Part shown: positions 39,090 through 39,223 of the stretch, piece by piece
Position numbering within the stretch: position 1 is the first letter of the stretch
How the letters are laid out: each line of letters opens with the position of its first letter
DNA from: Bdellovibrionales bacterium
GTDB taxonomy: Bacteria; Bdellovibrionota; UBA1018; CAIMNF01
Assembly: GCA_040380025.1 (NCBI GenBank)
Contig: JBEIJY010000024.1
Coordinates: forward strand, 1 to 39,223
Direction of reading: 5' to 3'
Length of the DNA: 39,223 nt
The notes under the pieces: model-generated
Told to the model about the DNA's origin: nothing
Database searches by the model: none
The model's input: only the letters and a program-made list of their open reading frames with translations
Position numbers and translations under genes: made by a program

Positions 39090-39223
39090 ATGAGACACGT
39101 CGGATGGTTCGCAATTCTGTTTTTTTCGGTTTCAACCGCGTACGCACGCGCGGAGGTCAGTCTCCGGAACGGGAATTTCTTCGTTTCGCTCCGCGATTTC
39201 TCGTATCCGGGCGGAATCGAGCC
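39090..39223 (+). CDS. 5' part of a secreted protein, probably DUF6531/RHS-repeat family (truncated by the window)
   Basis: MRHVGWFAILFFSVSTAYARAEVSLRNGNFFVSLRDFSYPGGIE: signal peptide, then a V.L.NGNF....D...PG pattern typical of RHS N-termini. Confidence 0.55.
   Translation, partial: MRHVGWFAILFFSVSTAYARAEVSLRNGNFFVSLRDFSYPGGIE

Overview
GC-rich bacterial DNA, most consistent with a Bdellovibrionota-like predator (inferred from gene content). It holds central-metabolism genes (eukaryote-type citrate synthase, acyl/propionyl-CoA carboxylase subunits, methylmalonyl-CoA mutase, guaB-guaA-queF), several secreted or hypothetical proteins, nagZ with two ABC permeases, and a ~14 kb Tad/Flp pilus locus with three FHA proteins, a degenerate PP2C, a CpaE-CpaF fusion and the start of a probable RHS gene. 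Three signals are missing from the ORF track. (1) A ~700-nt ORF-less RNA with group II intron architecture at ~5933-6628 has a non-canonical 5' end, an altered domain V and no branch-point A, and it lies between a sigma54-type promoter and a terminator-like hairpin. (2) Two copies of a ~200-bp nested-hairpin repeat show compensatory base changes (10323-10521, 19165-19365). (3) Bases 1-362 encode a eukaryotic clathrin heavy chain fragment, probably a chimeric contig end. All calls come from reading motifs by eye; no searches were run.
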